DNA of 64,000 bases from a virus (IMGVR_UViG_3300028738_000008), one strand, 5' to 3'; shown: positions 55,420-64,000, counted from the stretch's first letter. The notes: generated by a model not told the origin, from the letters alone. A program made the numbers and translations.

Positions 55420-55815
55420 ATGAATAAGCAAAAAAAAATATTACAAGCATTGTATAACATTTCTAAATCTGCAAAAGTAGGTTCTGAATGTACTTGTCCT
55501 TCATGCAACATATTGTTTGTTAAAACAAATTATCAGCAAGCATTTTGTAAATCTAAAAATGGAACATTATGTAAAGATTGGTATTGGAATAATGTAACTC
55601 CGAATAAACGAAATAATACTACACGAATTTCCCCAGCCAATGCAACATATTATAAAACTACAATTATTCCGAATATGTTGGAAGATCGTGGCTTTAGAAG
55701 TTTAGAAGAAATGAATGAACATATGTTAAATGACGATGGAAGTTGGGGCAGTCATCAATGCGTAGTTGAAAAATGCGAATTTTGTGGATATATTAATTGT
55801 GAATGTGAGTTTTAA
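55420..55815 (+). CDS. Cys-rich hypothetical protein
   Basis: ATG 55420 after the promoter cassette; CTCPSC, FC...C, CEFCG..C. Confidence 0.7.
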   Translation: MNKQKKILQALYNISKSAKVGSECTCPSCNILFVKTNYQQAFCKSKNGTLCKDWYWNNVTPNKRNNTTRISPANATYYKTTIIPNMLEDRGFRSLEEMNEHMLNDDGSWGSHQCVVEKCEFCGYINCECEF

Positions 55816-55874
55816 ACTGTAACCTTTTTTGATTAGTATCGTATAATCTTAAACAAACACTAAAACTCTTTATT

Positions 55875-56135
55875 ATGGCACAGGTTCAAAACAAAATCGC
55901 ATCACGTCCATTGTACACAATCGCAGGTGAAATCAGAGCTGAATGGCAAAAGGTTTACTTTGGTGCAGTCCCTTATCTTGAGGCAATGGAATGTCTTACC
56001 AGTATTGACCAGAAGTATGGCTGCGATGACGCCAAAAGTATTGTATTGTATTTCCTTAGCAATGCTTCAAGTTTTCGGGGGGATGCCGCAAAACGCATTA
56101 AAATCGAATTGAAAGCAATGTGCGGATTGAAGTAA
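55875..56135 (+). CDS. Small phage protein
   Basis: RPLYTIAGEI..W..VYFGAVPYLEAM...YFLSNASSFRG. Confidence 0.8.
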   Translation: MAQVQNKIASRPLYTIAGEIRAEWQKVYFGAVPYLEAMECLTSIDQKYGCDDAKSIVLYFLSNASSFRGDAAKRIKIELKAMCGLK

Positions 56136-56235
56136 ACATAAGCAAAACGAACAATGTTCAAATTACATTGTTCGTTTTGTAACCTTTTTTAATTAGTATC
56201 GTATAATCTTAAACAAACACTAAAAAATATTTATC

Positions 56236-56466
56236 ATGAAAAGTTTCAAATCTGTTTTAGTAATCGTTTTCTTATTGTTCACATTGGTATTGTTTGGAAG
56301 TTGCTCAGCATCCAATGGAACTTATCATAAGTCGAAGGGTAATTATGTTCAATCTCGACATGTGCAAAAAAAATCGGCTCAGATTCGCAATGGTAATCAG
56401 TGGAAGTGCAATCATGGTAAGCACAAAACTTTGCAACAAAAACATAATAAATTCCTGCTTTTTTAA
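56236..56466 (+). CDS. Small basic lipoprotein-like protein
   Basis: Hydrophobic N-terminus ending in FGSC. Confidence 0.6.
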   Translation: MKSFKSVLVIVFLLFTLVLFGSCSASNGTYHKSKGNYVQSRHVQKKSAQIRNGNQWKCNHGKHKTLQQKHNKFLLF

Positions 56467-56569
56467 TACTTCTTTTCTCTTTCATTTTTAGTTTTAAAAG
56501 GTTACATTAATTTGTAACCTTTTTTTTTGTTTATCGTATAATCTTAAACAAACACTAAAAACATTCATC

Positions 56570-56791
56570 ATGAGACTTTTAAAACTTTGCGCAAAATGTT
56601 CTGATCTTTGCGGTATCTCTTTTCAGAATGGTACTGGTAAAATTCATGAGTCAGACGGATATGTACCCGAAAACATCAATATCGGCGGCGGAGATTATGT
56701 TGAATTGGATATTGATATGGAAACTGGTCAGATTCAAAACTGGAAACCTGTCACCGATGCAGCAATTATTTTATCAATCAAAACGGCTTAA
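56570..56791 (+). CDS. Hypothetical protein
   Basis: After the promoter cassette; KCSD...GYVP...GGGDYVELDID. Confidence 0.75.
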   Translation: MRLLKLCAKCSDLCGISFQNGTGKIHESDGYVPENINIGGGDYVELDIDMETGQIQNWKPVTDAAIILSIKTA

Positions 56792-56796
56792 ACATC

Positions 56797-56985
56797 ATGG
56801 ATGATTATTACAATGTTAAAAGGCTTGCATTAGTTTTATCTGTGCAAGCAGAAATCGAAGGAATGAAGGCTGAAAATATGTTGCGTAGTCAAAATAATGA
56901 GTCGCCAGCATACGGCTCTGATCAATTCAATGAATGTGCAAACAAATTGGAAAATTTGGCTTACGCTCACAACGAACAATTGTAA
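56797..56985 (+). CDS. Hypothetical protein
   Basis: Its stop TAA lies inside the next TGTAAC. Confidence 0.65.
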   Translation: MDDYYNVKRLALVLSVQAEIEGMKAENMLRSQNNESPAYGSDQFNECANKLENLAYAHNEQL

Positions 56986-57017
56986 CCTTTTTGCACAATG
57001 TTCGTATAATATTAAAA

Positions 57018-57143
57018 GGGAGTTAGCATATATTGTATAATGCGAGAGGCGATTGCCATAGGCACATATTTCCTAATGTGGAAATACTTTGACAGTCTAA
57101 AAGTTGTTACTCTATAAAAAAGGTTCGATTCCTTTTATTCCCA
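57018..57143 (+). ncRNA. tRNA-shaped RNA with a branched insertion (about 60 nt) in place of the anticodon loop
   Basis: GGGAGTT/TATTCCC acceptor; GCAT/ATGC D stem; AGAG/CTCT stem enclosing TGCC-ATA-GGCA and ATTTCC/GGAAAT hairpins; T arm AAAGG-TTCGATT-CCTTT; own ECF-type promoter. Confidence 0.65.
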
Positions 57144-57201
57144 CTATTTTTTGTAACCTATTTGCACAATGTTCGTATAATCTTAAACAAACACAATCAT
57201 C

Positions 57202-57543
57202 ATGAAAGAATTTAAGATCGAAGGCAAGCCATTAGAAGATTTGAAAACTGTAATGATTTTCAGAAAGTATAAGAACGGCGAAGTCATTGCTTTAATGCCA
57301 TACGAAATTGCCGATATGCAGGGTCACATAATGTCATACATGCATCAGGTTCAACATTGTGCAACTGATTACAATGGCGTTGTAAGTCAAACAAAGTTGG
57401 CTAAACCAGAAGAGTATGCCGAATTACTTAAGGAACTTGAATGGGTTGGTTACGAAGTGAAAGCCAATTTAAAAAGAAATCACAATGTTTATTTGAAAGA
57501 GTATTACAGAATCGAGAACCTTTACAAAGAATCTTATAAATAA
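57202..57543 (+). CDS. Hypothetical protein
   Basis: After the promoter cassette. Confidence 0.75.
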   Translation: MKEFKIEGKPLEDLKTVMIFRKYKNGEVIALMPYEIADMQGHIMSYMHQVQHCATDYNGVVSQTKLAKPEEYAELLKELEWVGYEVKANLKRNHNVYLKEYYRIENLYKESYK

Positions 57544-57549
57544 ATTAAT

Positions 57550-57708
57550 ATGGTACAGCTACAAAGATCGCAATACATTCCAACGCTACAGGAATATAAT
57601 AACTCAAGGCTGATTGCTACAGATGTTTTATCTGGTCAGGAATATAGAAGGAAACTTCGCAGGGATAAAAGACACCCAGAAAAAATATCTTTCAAAGGAT
57701 ATAAATAA
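57550..57708 (+). CDS. Small basic hypothetical protein (52 aa)
   Basis: MVQLQRSQYIP...GQEYRRKLRR, translated by eye. Confidence 0.5.
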   Translation: MVQLQRSQYIPTLQEYNNSRLIATDVLSGQEYRRKLRRDKRHPEKISFKGYK

Positions 57709-57728
57709 TTAACTATTTTTTTGTAACA

Positions 57729-57761
57729 TTTGCAAAAGTCATTTTTATTGTTTATCTTTGT
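57729..57761 (+). promoter_or_regulatory. Bacteroidota housekeeping-sigma promoter of ECF sigma 2
   Basis: TTTG-N21-TATCTTTG. Confidence 0.7.
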
Positions 57762-57787
57762 ACCCTAATCAATTTAAATAATCTTGT

Positions 57788-58303
57788 ATGGAAAGGTATT
57801 CAGATTTTAATAAAGTTTATGTTGAGCACAAAGCTATGGTGTTTAACTTCGTTCTAATCAGAACAAACAACCGTGAAGTCTCGGAAGAGATTACAAGCGA
57901 TGTATTTGTAAAAGTAGCTGAATGTATGGATGTTTTTAATCCTGAGATTGCCAAGTTCACAACTTGGATGCTTACCATAGCAACGAATAAGATTAAAGAT
58001 TACTACAGATCATTGCAGACAGTTGCCAAACTTGGCGAAGTCTATTTATCTGAATACGTTCAAGCCGTTGCCCCAGATAGTAATGATTCAATTGAAAATG
58101 ATGAACTAAGGGCACAAATTGATCGTGCTTTTGATGTTCTTAAGGATATTGAAAAACAGGTTGCTGATCTTTATATTAAACAGGATAAGCAATACAAAGA
58201 GATTGCTGCACTGTTGGATATTCCAATTGGCTCAGTCAAAGGCTATTTAAGCCGTGCCAGAATGAAAATGCAAATCTATCTTAAAGATGTTTATGCTAAC
58301 TAA
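57788..58303 (+). CDS. ECF-type sigma-70 family sigma factor 2
   Basis: EEITSDVFVKV...FNPEIAKFTTWMLTIATNKIKDYYR; YKEIAALLDIPIGSVKGYLSRAR. Confidence 0.92.
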   Translation: MERYSDFNKVYVEHKAMVFNFVLIRTNNREVSEEITSDVFVKVAECMDVFNPEIAKFTTWMLTIATNKIKDYYRSLQTVAKLGEVYLSEYVQAVAPDSNDSIENDELRAQIDRAFDVLKDIEKQVADLYIKQDKQYKEIAALLDIPIGSVKGYLSRARMKMQIYLKDVYAN

Positions 58304-58402
58304 GATATATCTTGTCCATAATAATGTTTGTGTAATTAAAAACCCTGAAAGTTGTAACCTTTCAGGGTTTTGTTCGTATAATCTTAAACAAACATAGAAA
58401 TC

Positions 58403-58603
58403 ATGAAAAAGGTTATTTTAACCATTGGCGGCACAAAGTATGAAGTTCACTTCACGATATTAAAGTATGGCTCAAAAGGTTGTTACATTACCATTGAATC
58501 TGTATTTTCAACAATACAAAACTGCATGTCTATTTTAGGCTACACTGAAACCGATATCGAAAACAAAGTTATTTCTGCCTTATCACAGGCTACAGATATT
58601 TAG
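58403..58603 (+). CDS. Hypothetical protein
   Basis: After the promoter cassette. Confidence 0.6.
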   Translation: MKKVILTIGGTKYEVHFTILKYGSKGCYITIESVFSTIQNCMSILGYTETDIENKVISALSQATDI

Positions 58604-58656
58604 TTGTAACCTTTTTGAATCTGTATCGTATAATCTTAAACAAACATACCTATATT

Positions 58657-58842
58657 ATGACAGCTTTTGAGAATGAGAATAAAGTTTATTACATTAGAAA
58701 CCTTGGCAGATACGAGGAAGACGAGGACAGCGACATTCGTTTGACAAAGGAACTCAAAAGGCAATCAAAGCCAAAGCGACAGGTTGTTGAACATAACGTC
58801 AGCCAGAAGTTTAATCAAAAATTGAAAAACTCACGACGATAA
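58657..58842 (+). CDS. Hypothetical protein
   Basis: ATG 58657 after the cassette. Confidence 0.6.
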   Translation: MTAFENENKVYYIRNLGRYEEDEDSDIRLTKELKRQSKPKRQVVEHNVSQKFNQKLKNSRR

Positions 58843-58923
58843 GTTTTTAGGTCAGGTTCAAGACGGCTGAACTTGGGTAACTGTCTCACAAGGTAGCCTA
58901 CAAGCTTATTTAAAACATATACA

Positions 58924-59085
58924 ATGAAACCAAAGAAGACTATAGGCGTTCTAATCGACTACGTTAAAGCGAACCGAAAAGGCTCAAGGGACGCAGAACT
59001 GGAGCACTCAACTGGATGGACAGCAACGCATAAGGTTCACAAGTCAGACAAAACATATTCCAGAAAAAAGGCAAAGAATCTGTAA
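58924..59085 (+). CDS. Small basic protein (53 aa)
   Basis: MKPKK...YVKANRKGSRDAELE..TGW..HKVHKS; stop inside the next TGTAAC. Confidence 0.65.
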   Translation: MKPKKTIGVLIDYVKANRKGSRDAELEHSTGWTATHKVHKSDKTYSRKKAKNL

Positions 59086-59208
59086 CCTTTTTTCTGGAAT
59101 CTCGTATAATATAGTGTAGCCTTATGGATTAAGCCTAAATAATTATTTTGATATTAGTTGTAACCTTTTTTGATATTCATCGTATAATCTTAAACAAACA
59201 CAACGATC

Positions 59209-59436
59209 ATGGCAATAGTAAAAAAGAATTTTAAAGTAATCGGCAAAATCGACAGAGGTAATGGCATCGAAGATTATCCAATTTTTCTCATGGTCTCTTA
59301 TGATCAAAAGAAAGGCGAAAACTCAACGTCAATTGATGAAGATGTTCTTTTTGATGTTGAAAATTTGGCAAAAGAACATTTTTTACTAAAAATGAACGTT
59401 CCGTATTACGGTGCAAAATCTATTACCGTTGTGTAA
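59209..59436 (+). CDS. Hypothetical protein
   Basis: After the cassette; stop inside the next TGTAAC. Confidence 0.65.
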   Translation: MAIVKKNFKVIGKIDRGNGIEDYPIFLMVSYDQKKGENSTSIDEDVLFDVENLAKEHFLLKMNVPYYGAKSITVV

Positions 59437-59481
59437 CCTTTTTTGATATTCATCGTATAATCTTAAACAAACATTAAGACA

Positions 59482-59925
59482 ATGAAACTTTATACAACGA
59501 CTGCAAAAGGTAATTCATTTTTGGCAAAGACTAATTCAAAAGTCATCGAAGCTATTGACAATGTGATTAATACGGGTATTCGTATTCGCTTTTGGTATGG
59601 CGATGATGAAACGGGCTGTTCGTGGGTTGAAGAAAATGATACAATTGGAACCATCGGTAGGTCAACAGGTGACTATAAAATACCATTATTAATTAAGAAT
59701 AAACGATCTTTAGGCGGCGGCGCAATACTTACTCATTGTATTGTGAAATTGGTCGATATATCCAATAATAAAGTTTTATATGTTCACCCAAAATTCAGCC
59801 TACCAGAAATAGACTGTTATTTCATGAAAGTTATTGTTGATCATAAAGTATATGCAAACTGTGATTCATGGAATCAGGCGATAAGATTAACAAAGTTTTT
59901 AACAGGTCAAAGAAATTGTAAATAG
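59482..59925 (+). CDS. Hypothetical phage protein
   Basis: RIRFWYGD.ETG.SW.EE.D..G.IGRSTG..KIPLLI...S.GG.AIL. Confidence 0.8.
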   Translation: MKLYTTTAKGNSFLAKTNSKVIEAIDNVINTGIRIRFWYGDDETGCSWVEENDTIGTIGRSTGDYKIPLLIKNKRSLGGGAILTHCIVKLVDISNNKVLYVHPKFSLPEIDCYFMKVIVDHKVYANCDSWNQAIRLTKFLTGQRNCK

Positions 59926-59999
59926 GTTGTTTATTCTTTTAGACATTTGTAACCTTTTTTAATAGTTTGCGTATAATCTTAAACAAACACTTCGACATC

Positions 60000-60299
60000 A
60001 TGTTAGAATTCACGAACGCAAGGTCATTCAATTTTAGCTTAAAGAAAGCAGTACAAAAGGAAACAGGCTTAAAAGTATCCGTTGAGATCATAAACAGTTA
60101 CAACTTTCCAAAGTGCTGGGTTCGCATACATGCGCCAAGACCAATAATGTTTTCAAACGAATTCAGGCAAAAAGTATTTACCGCTTGTGGCTACGACAGC
60201 AAAGGACTTTTGGATAGTGACGATATTTGCTATGGTAACATAATGCCTAGCAATATCAGTGCCCATGTTCCCGAATGGCTGAAAGTATTCAAAGACTAG
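60000..60299 (+). CDS. Hypothetical protein
   Basis: ATG 60000 after the cassette. Confidence 0.7.
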   Translation: MLEFTNARSFNFSLKKAVQKETGLKVSVEIINSYNFPKCWVRIHAPRPIMFSNEFRQKVFTACGYDSKGLLDSDDICYGNIMPSNISAHVPEWLKVFKD

Positions 60300-60405
60300 T
60301 AAATAGTCGAATGACTACAAAGATAGTTAATAATTAAGTTGGCTATCTTTGTAACCTTTTTGAATATTCATCGTATAATCTTAAACAAACATTAAAACAT
60401 TGATT

Positions 60406-60732
60406 ATGAAAAAGATTAAATCGTTTATCAACTCAGAAAATGTTCAGGCTTATGGTACGTCTTTAGTTGACAAAATTGAAGTGACTTTTGCAGAATTAAC
60501 CAAAGTCTTTGGCAAACGCACATTTGGCGCATCAGGTGACAATAAATGTGCCGCACAATGGCACTTGTTATTCGAAGACGGCACTGTTGCAACCATTTAC
60601 GATTATAAAGAATGTATTGCATACTGTGGAAGAAAACGAGGTAAAAAGGTCGGCGATATTACAGATTGGCATATCGGAGGCAACAGCGAAAGAGCCGCAA
60701 TTTTGGTGAAAAAAGAATTAGGATTGTTGTAA
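60406..60732 (+). CDS. Hypothetical phage protein
   Basis: FGKRT...DNKCAAQW...VATIYDYK...WHIGG. Confidence 0.8.
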   Translation: MKKIKSFINSENVQAYGTSLVDKIEVTFAELTKVFGKRTFGASGDNKCAAQWHLLFEDGTVATIYDYKECIAYCGRKRGKKVGDITDWHIGGNSERAAILVKKELGLL

Positions 60733-60783
60733 CCTATTTGCACAATGTTCGTATAATCTTAAACAAACACTAAAACATTTATC

Positions 60784-60999
60784 ATGGCTGCAACAAAATT
60801 ACAAGAAAGACATTTTGAAAACGAATTAGTTCATAATCCAAGTTTATATGTCGATCAGACATGCAACATGGTTAATCTAACCACTCTGGCAGAAAGTTTT
60901 ATCGACGAACACCAACCAGCGAACAAAGAACAGGTTTATGAATCAGCTATAGATTGGTTCAAAGGTTGGAGAGGTAATGTAAGATATCATAATAATTAA
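60784..60999 (+). CDS. Hypothetical protein
   Basis: After the cassette. Confidence 0.65.
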   Translation: MAATKLQERHFENELVHNPSLYVDQTCNMVNLTTLAESFIDEHQPANKEQVYESAIDWFKGWRGNVRYHNN

Positions 61000-61146
61000 A
61001 AATATAATTGTTCCTTCCCCCAAGTTTGTTTGTGTTTGCCCTGAGAAGTTGTAACCTTCTTGGGGCATTTGCATTTATACAATGTTCGATATAGTTGTAA
61101 CCTTTTCTGGCAATGTACGTATAACCTATAACAAACAATATACATT

Positions 61147-61344
61147 ATGAGCACGATCTACGAAATCATCGAAAGAAAAAAACAGGGTGTCGATTGTACA
61201 GAAGCTGAGAGCGCAACGATCAAAACGTGGCTCAAAGAACTGAAACTCCCATTTGAACAGCCTACAATGGGCGACGTTATGGAATTGTTTTCAGAAGAGT
61301 ACGGCGAATTTCTGGATGAGGTTCAGGTAAAAAACCCTTATTGA
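61147..61344 (+). CDS. Hypothetical protein
   Basis: After the cassette. Confidence 0.65.
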   Translation: MSTIYEIIERKKQGVDCTEAESATIKTWLKELKLPFEQPTMGDVMELFSEEYGEFLDEVQVKNPY

Positions 61345-61396
61345 TTGTAACCTTTTGGGGCAATGTACGTATAACCTTAAACAAACAATATCTATC

Positions 61397-61651
61397 ATGG
61401 CAGACTATATTAACAGAGCACATTTTGACTCAATGAACCCAAGGCAGACTCATAGAACCAGAGAGCAATTTAGAAAAATGAATTCTAATGAAGCACCCAA
61501 AGGATATTATCCAATGCTTAAAGAGTCATTGAGTTCAAGCGATAATGTTTGTAATCATTGTGACTGGCGCAGTGATTGTACAAAGGCTATTTGTTCATGC
61601 ATGGCGTATGATCGTAAAGATGGCGTCGGCGTAATATTTAAAGAAATATAA
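61397..61651 (+). CDS. Cys-rich hypothetical protein
   Basis: APKGYYPM...CNHCDWR..C...CSCM.YDRKDG..VIFK. Confidence 0.7.
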   Translation: MADYINRAHFDSMNPRQTHRTREQFRKMNSNEAPKGYYPMLKESLSSSDNVCNHCDWRSDCTKAICSCMAYDRKDGVGVIFKEI

Positions 61652-61697
61652 TTGTAACCTTTTCTGGCAATGTACGTATATTCTAAAAACAATTATC

Positions 61698-61895
61698 ATG
61701 ACCGAAGCAATTGCTATTAATAATTTGAACAATGTTCAAGCTAAGCGACACAAGATGGTTTACGCTATACTGGCGAACCGCTACAGGCTTAAAATATTGT
61801 CAGAGGCACAATATTATAACTTTGAACAAAGGTTGCTTAATTCGTCTTATTCGCACCTTTATAAAGTATATGGCAAAGAGTGTAACCTTTTATAA
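61698..61895 (+). CDS. Hypothetical protein
   Basis: After the cassette. Confidence 0.5.
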   Translation: MTEAIAINNLNNVQAKRHKMVYAILANRYRLKILSEAQYYNFEQRLLNSSYSHLYKVYGKECNLL

Positions 61896-61932
61896 TCTTA
61901 CTCGTATAATCTTAAACAAATAATTTAAAGCT

Positions 61933-62076
61933 ATGTCATTTATTGTATTAGAAAAATTCGGTGGAAATGTTAATGTCTGCACCAATGAGGATGGCGAAAC
62001 CCTTGAGTTTGAAACGGCTGAACTTGCACAAGTTGAGGCTGATGACTGTCAGGACGGACAAGTAGTTGAGGTATAA
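61933..62076 (+). CDS. Small acidic protein (47 aa)
   Basis: After the cassette; MSFIVLEKFGG...GQVVEV. Confidence 0.6.
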   Translation: MSFIVLEKFGGNVNVCTNEDGETLEFETAELAQVEADDCQDGQVVEV

Positions 62077-62095
62077 ATCTTTAAATGCATTAATT

Positions 62096-62440
62096 ATGAA
62101 GAAATTAACACGTGAACAGGTTATTGAAGAAATTATTCAAAACCTTTATGAACTTGAAGATGAAACACTTTTAGGCGATACCCTGAGAGACGGCTTCAAA
62201 GGCTATAATAATTATACTGATAAAGAGTTGATTAGTCAGTATAAGATTGTATTTGAGACAGAAATTGAAATTCCTCGACAGTCATTAACAAGGGCTGAAA
62301 TCTGCGAAAAATTGAATGCTGATTTTGATTCTAAGCATAATCATGAATCATTTCCAAGCACTTACGAACACTATACAGACCGTGAATTAGCAAACGAATT
62401 TTACAGAACATTTCACTATCGTATAAGTTTTACGAAATAA
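62096..62440 (+). CDS. Hypothetical protein with duplicated LTREQ...Y..YTD.EL unit
   Basis: Internal repeat; similar G..GYNEFSDAEL motif in 63513..63911. Confidence 0.7.
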   Translation: MKKLTREQVIEEIIQNLYELEDETLLGDTLRDGFKGYNNYTDKELISQYKIVFETEIEIPRQSLTRAEICEKLNADFDSKHNHESFPSTYEHYTDRELANEFYRTFHYRISFTK

Positions 62441-62510
62441 TAAAAAGAATCATGATAAGTTGTAACCTTATCATGATTCTTTCGTATAATCTTAAACAAA
62501 CACATTCACT

Positions 62511-62930
62511 ATGAAAATACTCGAAGGTAAAATTCCAACAGTTGCAGGGTTCTATTTTGCAAAGTCTGAAACATCTAATAAATGGCAACTGCTTATCAAG
62601 GTGTCTGGAGTAGCACCGTTCATGAATATGGATAACATTCATTGCCTGAATCAGGAATCCGACGACACGATTCTCCAAAACCTTTTAACTGTTGAGTGGA
62701 GTGAGGCAGTTGAAATGACAGCAACTACCCTTGATGTCCATTGTGGCTTTACCATTTCAATGGAAACAAAAGATTCGATTATTAATAAACTGATTGATGG
62801 TCAGAAACTTGCGGCAGTAATATTACTGAAAAAAAGTACAGACAATGAAATGGGATTGAAAGAAGCTAAAAATTATGTTGATGCCCTTGAGGTCACTCTG
62901 AAAGACTCAGGAGTACTTCAACGAAAATAA
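62511..62930 (+). CDS. Protein with a C-terminal ribosomal L7/L12-CTD-like domain
   Basis: GQKLAAVILLKKST...MGLKEAKNYVD. Confidence 0.65.
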   Translation: MKILEGKIPTVAGFYFAKSETSNKWQLLIKVSGVAPFMNMDNIHCLNQESDDTILQNLLTVEWSEAVEMTATTLDVHCGFTISMETKDSIINKLIDGQKLAAVILLKKSTDNEMGLKEAKNYVDALEVTLKDSGVLQRK

Positions 62931-63002
62931 TAGAAAGAACCCGAATAAGTTGTAACCTTATTCGGGTTCTTTCGTATAACCTTAAACAAACACAATCGTA
63001 TT

Positions 63003-63467
63003 ATGAAATCAATTGAGTATCTTTTACAATTACACCCAGATAAGACAGGCAGAGAAATTCTGGCAATCCAAGCCGAAGAAAAACTTGAAGACGAAAGGAA
63101 ATTCGAAAAAGCTAATGCAAAGAAATTGAAATTCGTTATTGATCATAATACCAATGGCGGTTACTATTGCGGAAGGTTTGGCGTCGATCAACGCTATTTC
63201 TATCGTGTTTTCAATATGAGAATGGAAGGCTCTGATATTTATATGGACGTTGAAACAATAGTAGTCTTTATGAATGATGCCGACTCTGAAAGCACACGGA
63301 ACAAAGGCGAAGTGAATGTAGAAAGGCGTATCAAAGAATTTCAAAAAGAGGATAAGTATTGCTTAAATAGCGAAATGCAAAACAGAGTAACAAAAAAGGA
63401 ATGGGACGAAGTTAACGACTATGTAAATAATCTGGCAAAGTTCTGGGAACACATCAAAAAAGTGTAA
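63003..63467 (+). CDS. Hypothetical protein
   Basis: After the cassette; stop inside the next TGTAAC. Confidence 0.75.
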   Translation: MKSIEYLLQLHPDKTGREILAIQAEEKLEDERKFEKANAKKLKFVIDHNTNGGYYCGRFGVDQRYFYRVFNMRMEGSDIYMDVETIVVFMNDADSESTRNKGEVNVERRIKEFQKEDKYCLNSEMQNRVTKKEWDEVNDYVNNLAKFWEHIKKV

Positions 63468-63512
63468 CCTTATTCGGGTTCTTTCGTATAACCTTAAACA
63501 AACATTCAAAAT

Positions 63513-63911
63513 ATGAAAACAGTTTCAAAGGAATTAGCGATCAGTATGATTTTACAGGCAATCGTTGTGAACATTCAAAGGAATGACGGTACGGGCAAAG
63601 GCATTGACGATATGTGCAAACGTTTGGAAAGTGGCTTTGTTGGTTACAACGAATTTTCAGACGCTGAACTGGAAAGCGAATACAATTATTTATCTGGCGA
63701 CACTGAGCCAATTAAGATCGAAAAGCCTACGTTTCAATTAGAACGTGACATTGAACAGATCACACGTTATTATTTCACGGTTCATGCCGACAACGTGGAA
63801 GAGGCTAACAAGCTGTTAGATGCTTGCATTGATAAAGGCGAAATCCCTTGTATTTTCCAACAAAATCAAGAAGGTAATATCACTTGCTATGACCGTCTGG
63901 CAGACTGCTAA
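63513..63911 (+). CDS. Hypothetical protein
   Basis: After the cassette. Confidence 0.7.
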   Translation: MKTVSKELAISMILQAIVVNIQRNDGTGKGIDDMCKRLESGFVGYNEFSDAELESEYNYLSGDTEPIKIEKPTFQLERDIEQITRYYFTVHADNVEEANKLLDACIDKGEIPCIFQQNQEGNITCYDRLADC

Positions 63912-64000
63912 AAGAAATTGAAAAATAAGGTTGCAGAGTTGTAACCTTATTTTTTGTTTTGCGTATAATATAGTGTAGCCTTATGACTATTAATTAATTG

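Larger units (their letters stand above)
55336..63965 (+). repeat. About 22 dispersed copies of an ECF-type promoter cassette TGTAAC-N16-CGTATAAYCTTAAACAAACA
   Basis: TGTAAC starts at 55336, 55818, 56178, 56513, 56981, 57152, 58353, 58605, 59081, 59159, 59432, 59948, 60350, 60728, 61096, 61346, 61653, 61881, 62461, 62951, 63463, 63940; most precede a small gene. Confidence 0.9.

Noticed and set aside
54280-61740. Recurrent CAATGTYC word as a separate binding-site system
   Set aside because: Most copies are part of, or plausibly remnants of, the promoter cassette spacer; no independent positional pattern.
863-63344. Numerous short antisense or alternative-frame ORFs nested in longer genes
   Set aside because: Shadow frames with no motifs, promoters or plausible composition.
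55336-63965. CRISPR array or integron attC array
   Set aside because: Repeats are degenerate with fixed -35/-10-like spacing, and the intervening sequences are whole genes of variable length. No cas or integrase genes are present.
1-64000. Genome-wide TAG reassignment (genetic code 15)
   Set aside because: Large genes (nrdJ, vWA, gmd, LRR) are intact in code 11 with no internal TAG, and TAG acts as a true stop in overlapped pairs (20512, 47317). Only isolated in-frame ambers were found.

Overview
AT-rich segment of a jumbo or megaphage infecting a Bacteroidota host. The host assignment rests on many TTTG-N19-21-TAnnTTTG housekeeping promoters, AT-rich translation starts without Shine-Dalgarno sites, and a Bacteroidota-type NrdJ. 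The window has no ribosomal or core cellular genes. It holds about 40 tRNA genes in four operons, a class II ribonucleotide reductase, a vWA protein, HNH and GIY-YIG endonucleases, a glycosyltransferase/gmd/methyltransferase cluster, Mom-like and nucleotide-pool enzymes, putative virion proteins behind a TATTTATA late-type motif, a G-rich island at 52.2 kb, and an early-type region (53.5-64 kb) of small genes each behind a TGTAAC-N16-CGTA promoter, with two ECF sigma genes inside it. Main result: each tRNA operon is preceded by a promoter, a short leader ORF and a terminator with an antiterminator partner. Each leader is enriched in the amino acids of the tRNAs downstream (P/H/Q; D/E/V/L/A/W; K/Y; C/I/S/F/G/M/N/T/R), and the four sets partition all 20 amino acids. 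This looks like ribosome-mediated attenuation of phage tRNA operons. Other notable signals: an amber-suppressor tRNA next to a Pth2 gene gated by TAG at codon 3, further amber-interrupted ORFs, two D-armless tRNAs with a D-loop-like arm after the anticodon arm, many class I tRNAs with long extra arms, and a tRNA-shaped RNA with a branched anticodon domain. All calls come from reading the sequence by eye; no searches or folding programs were run.
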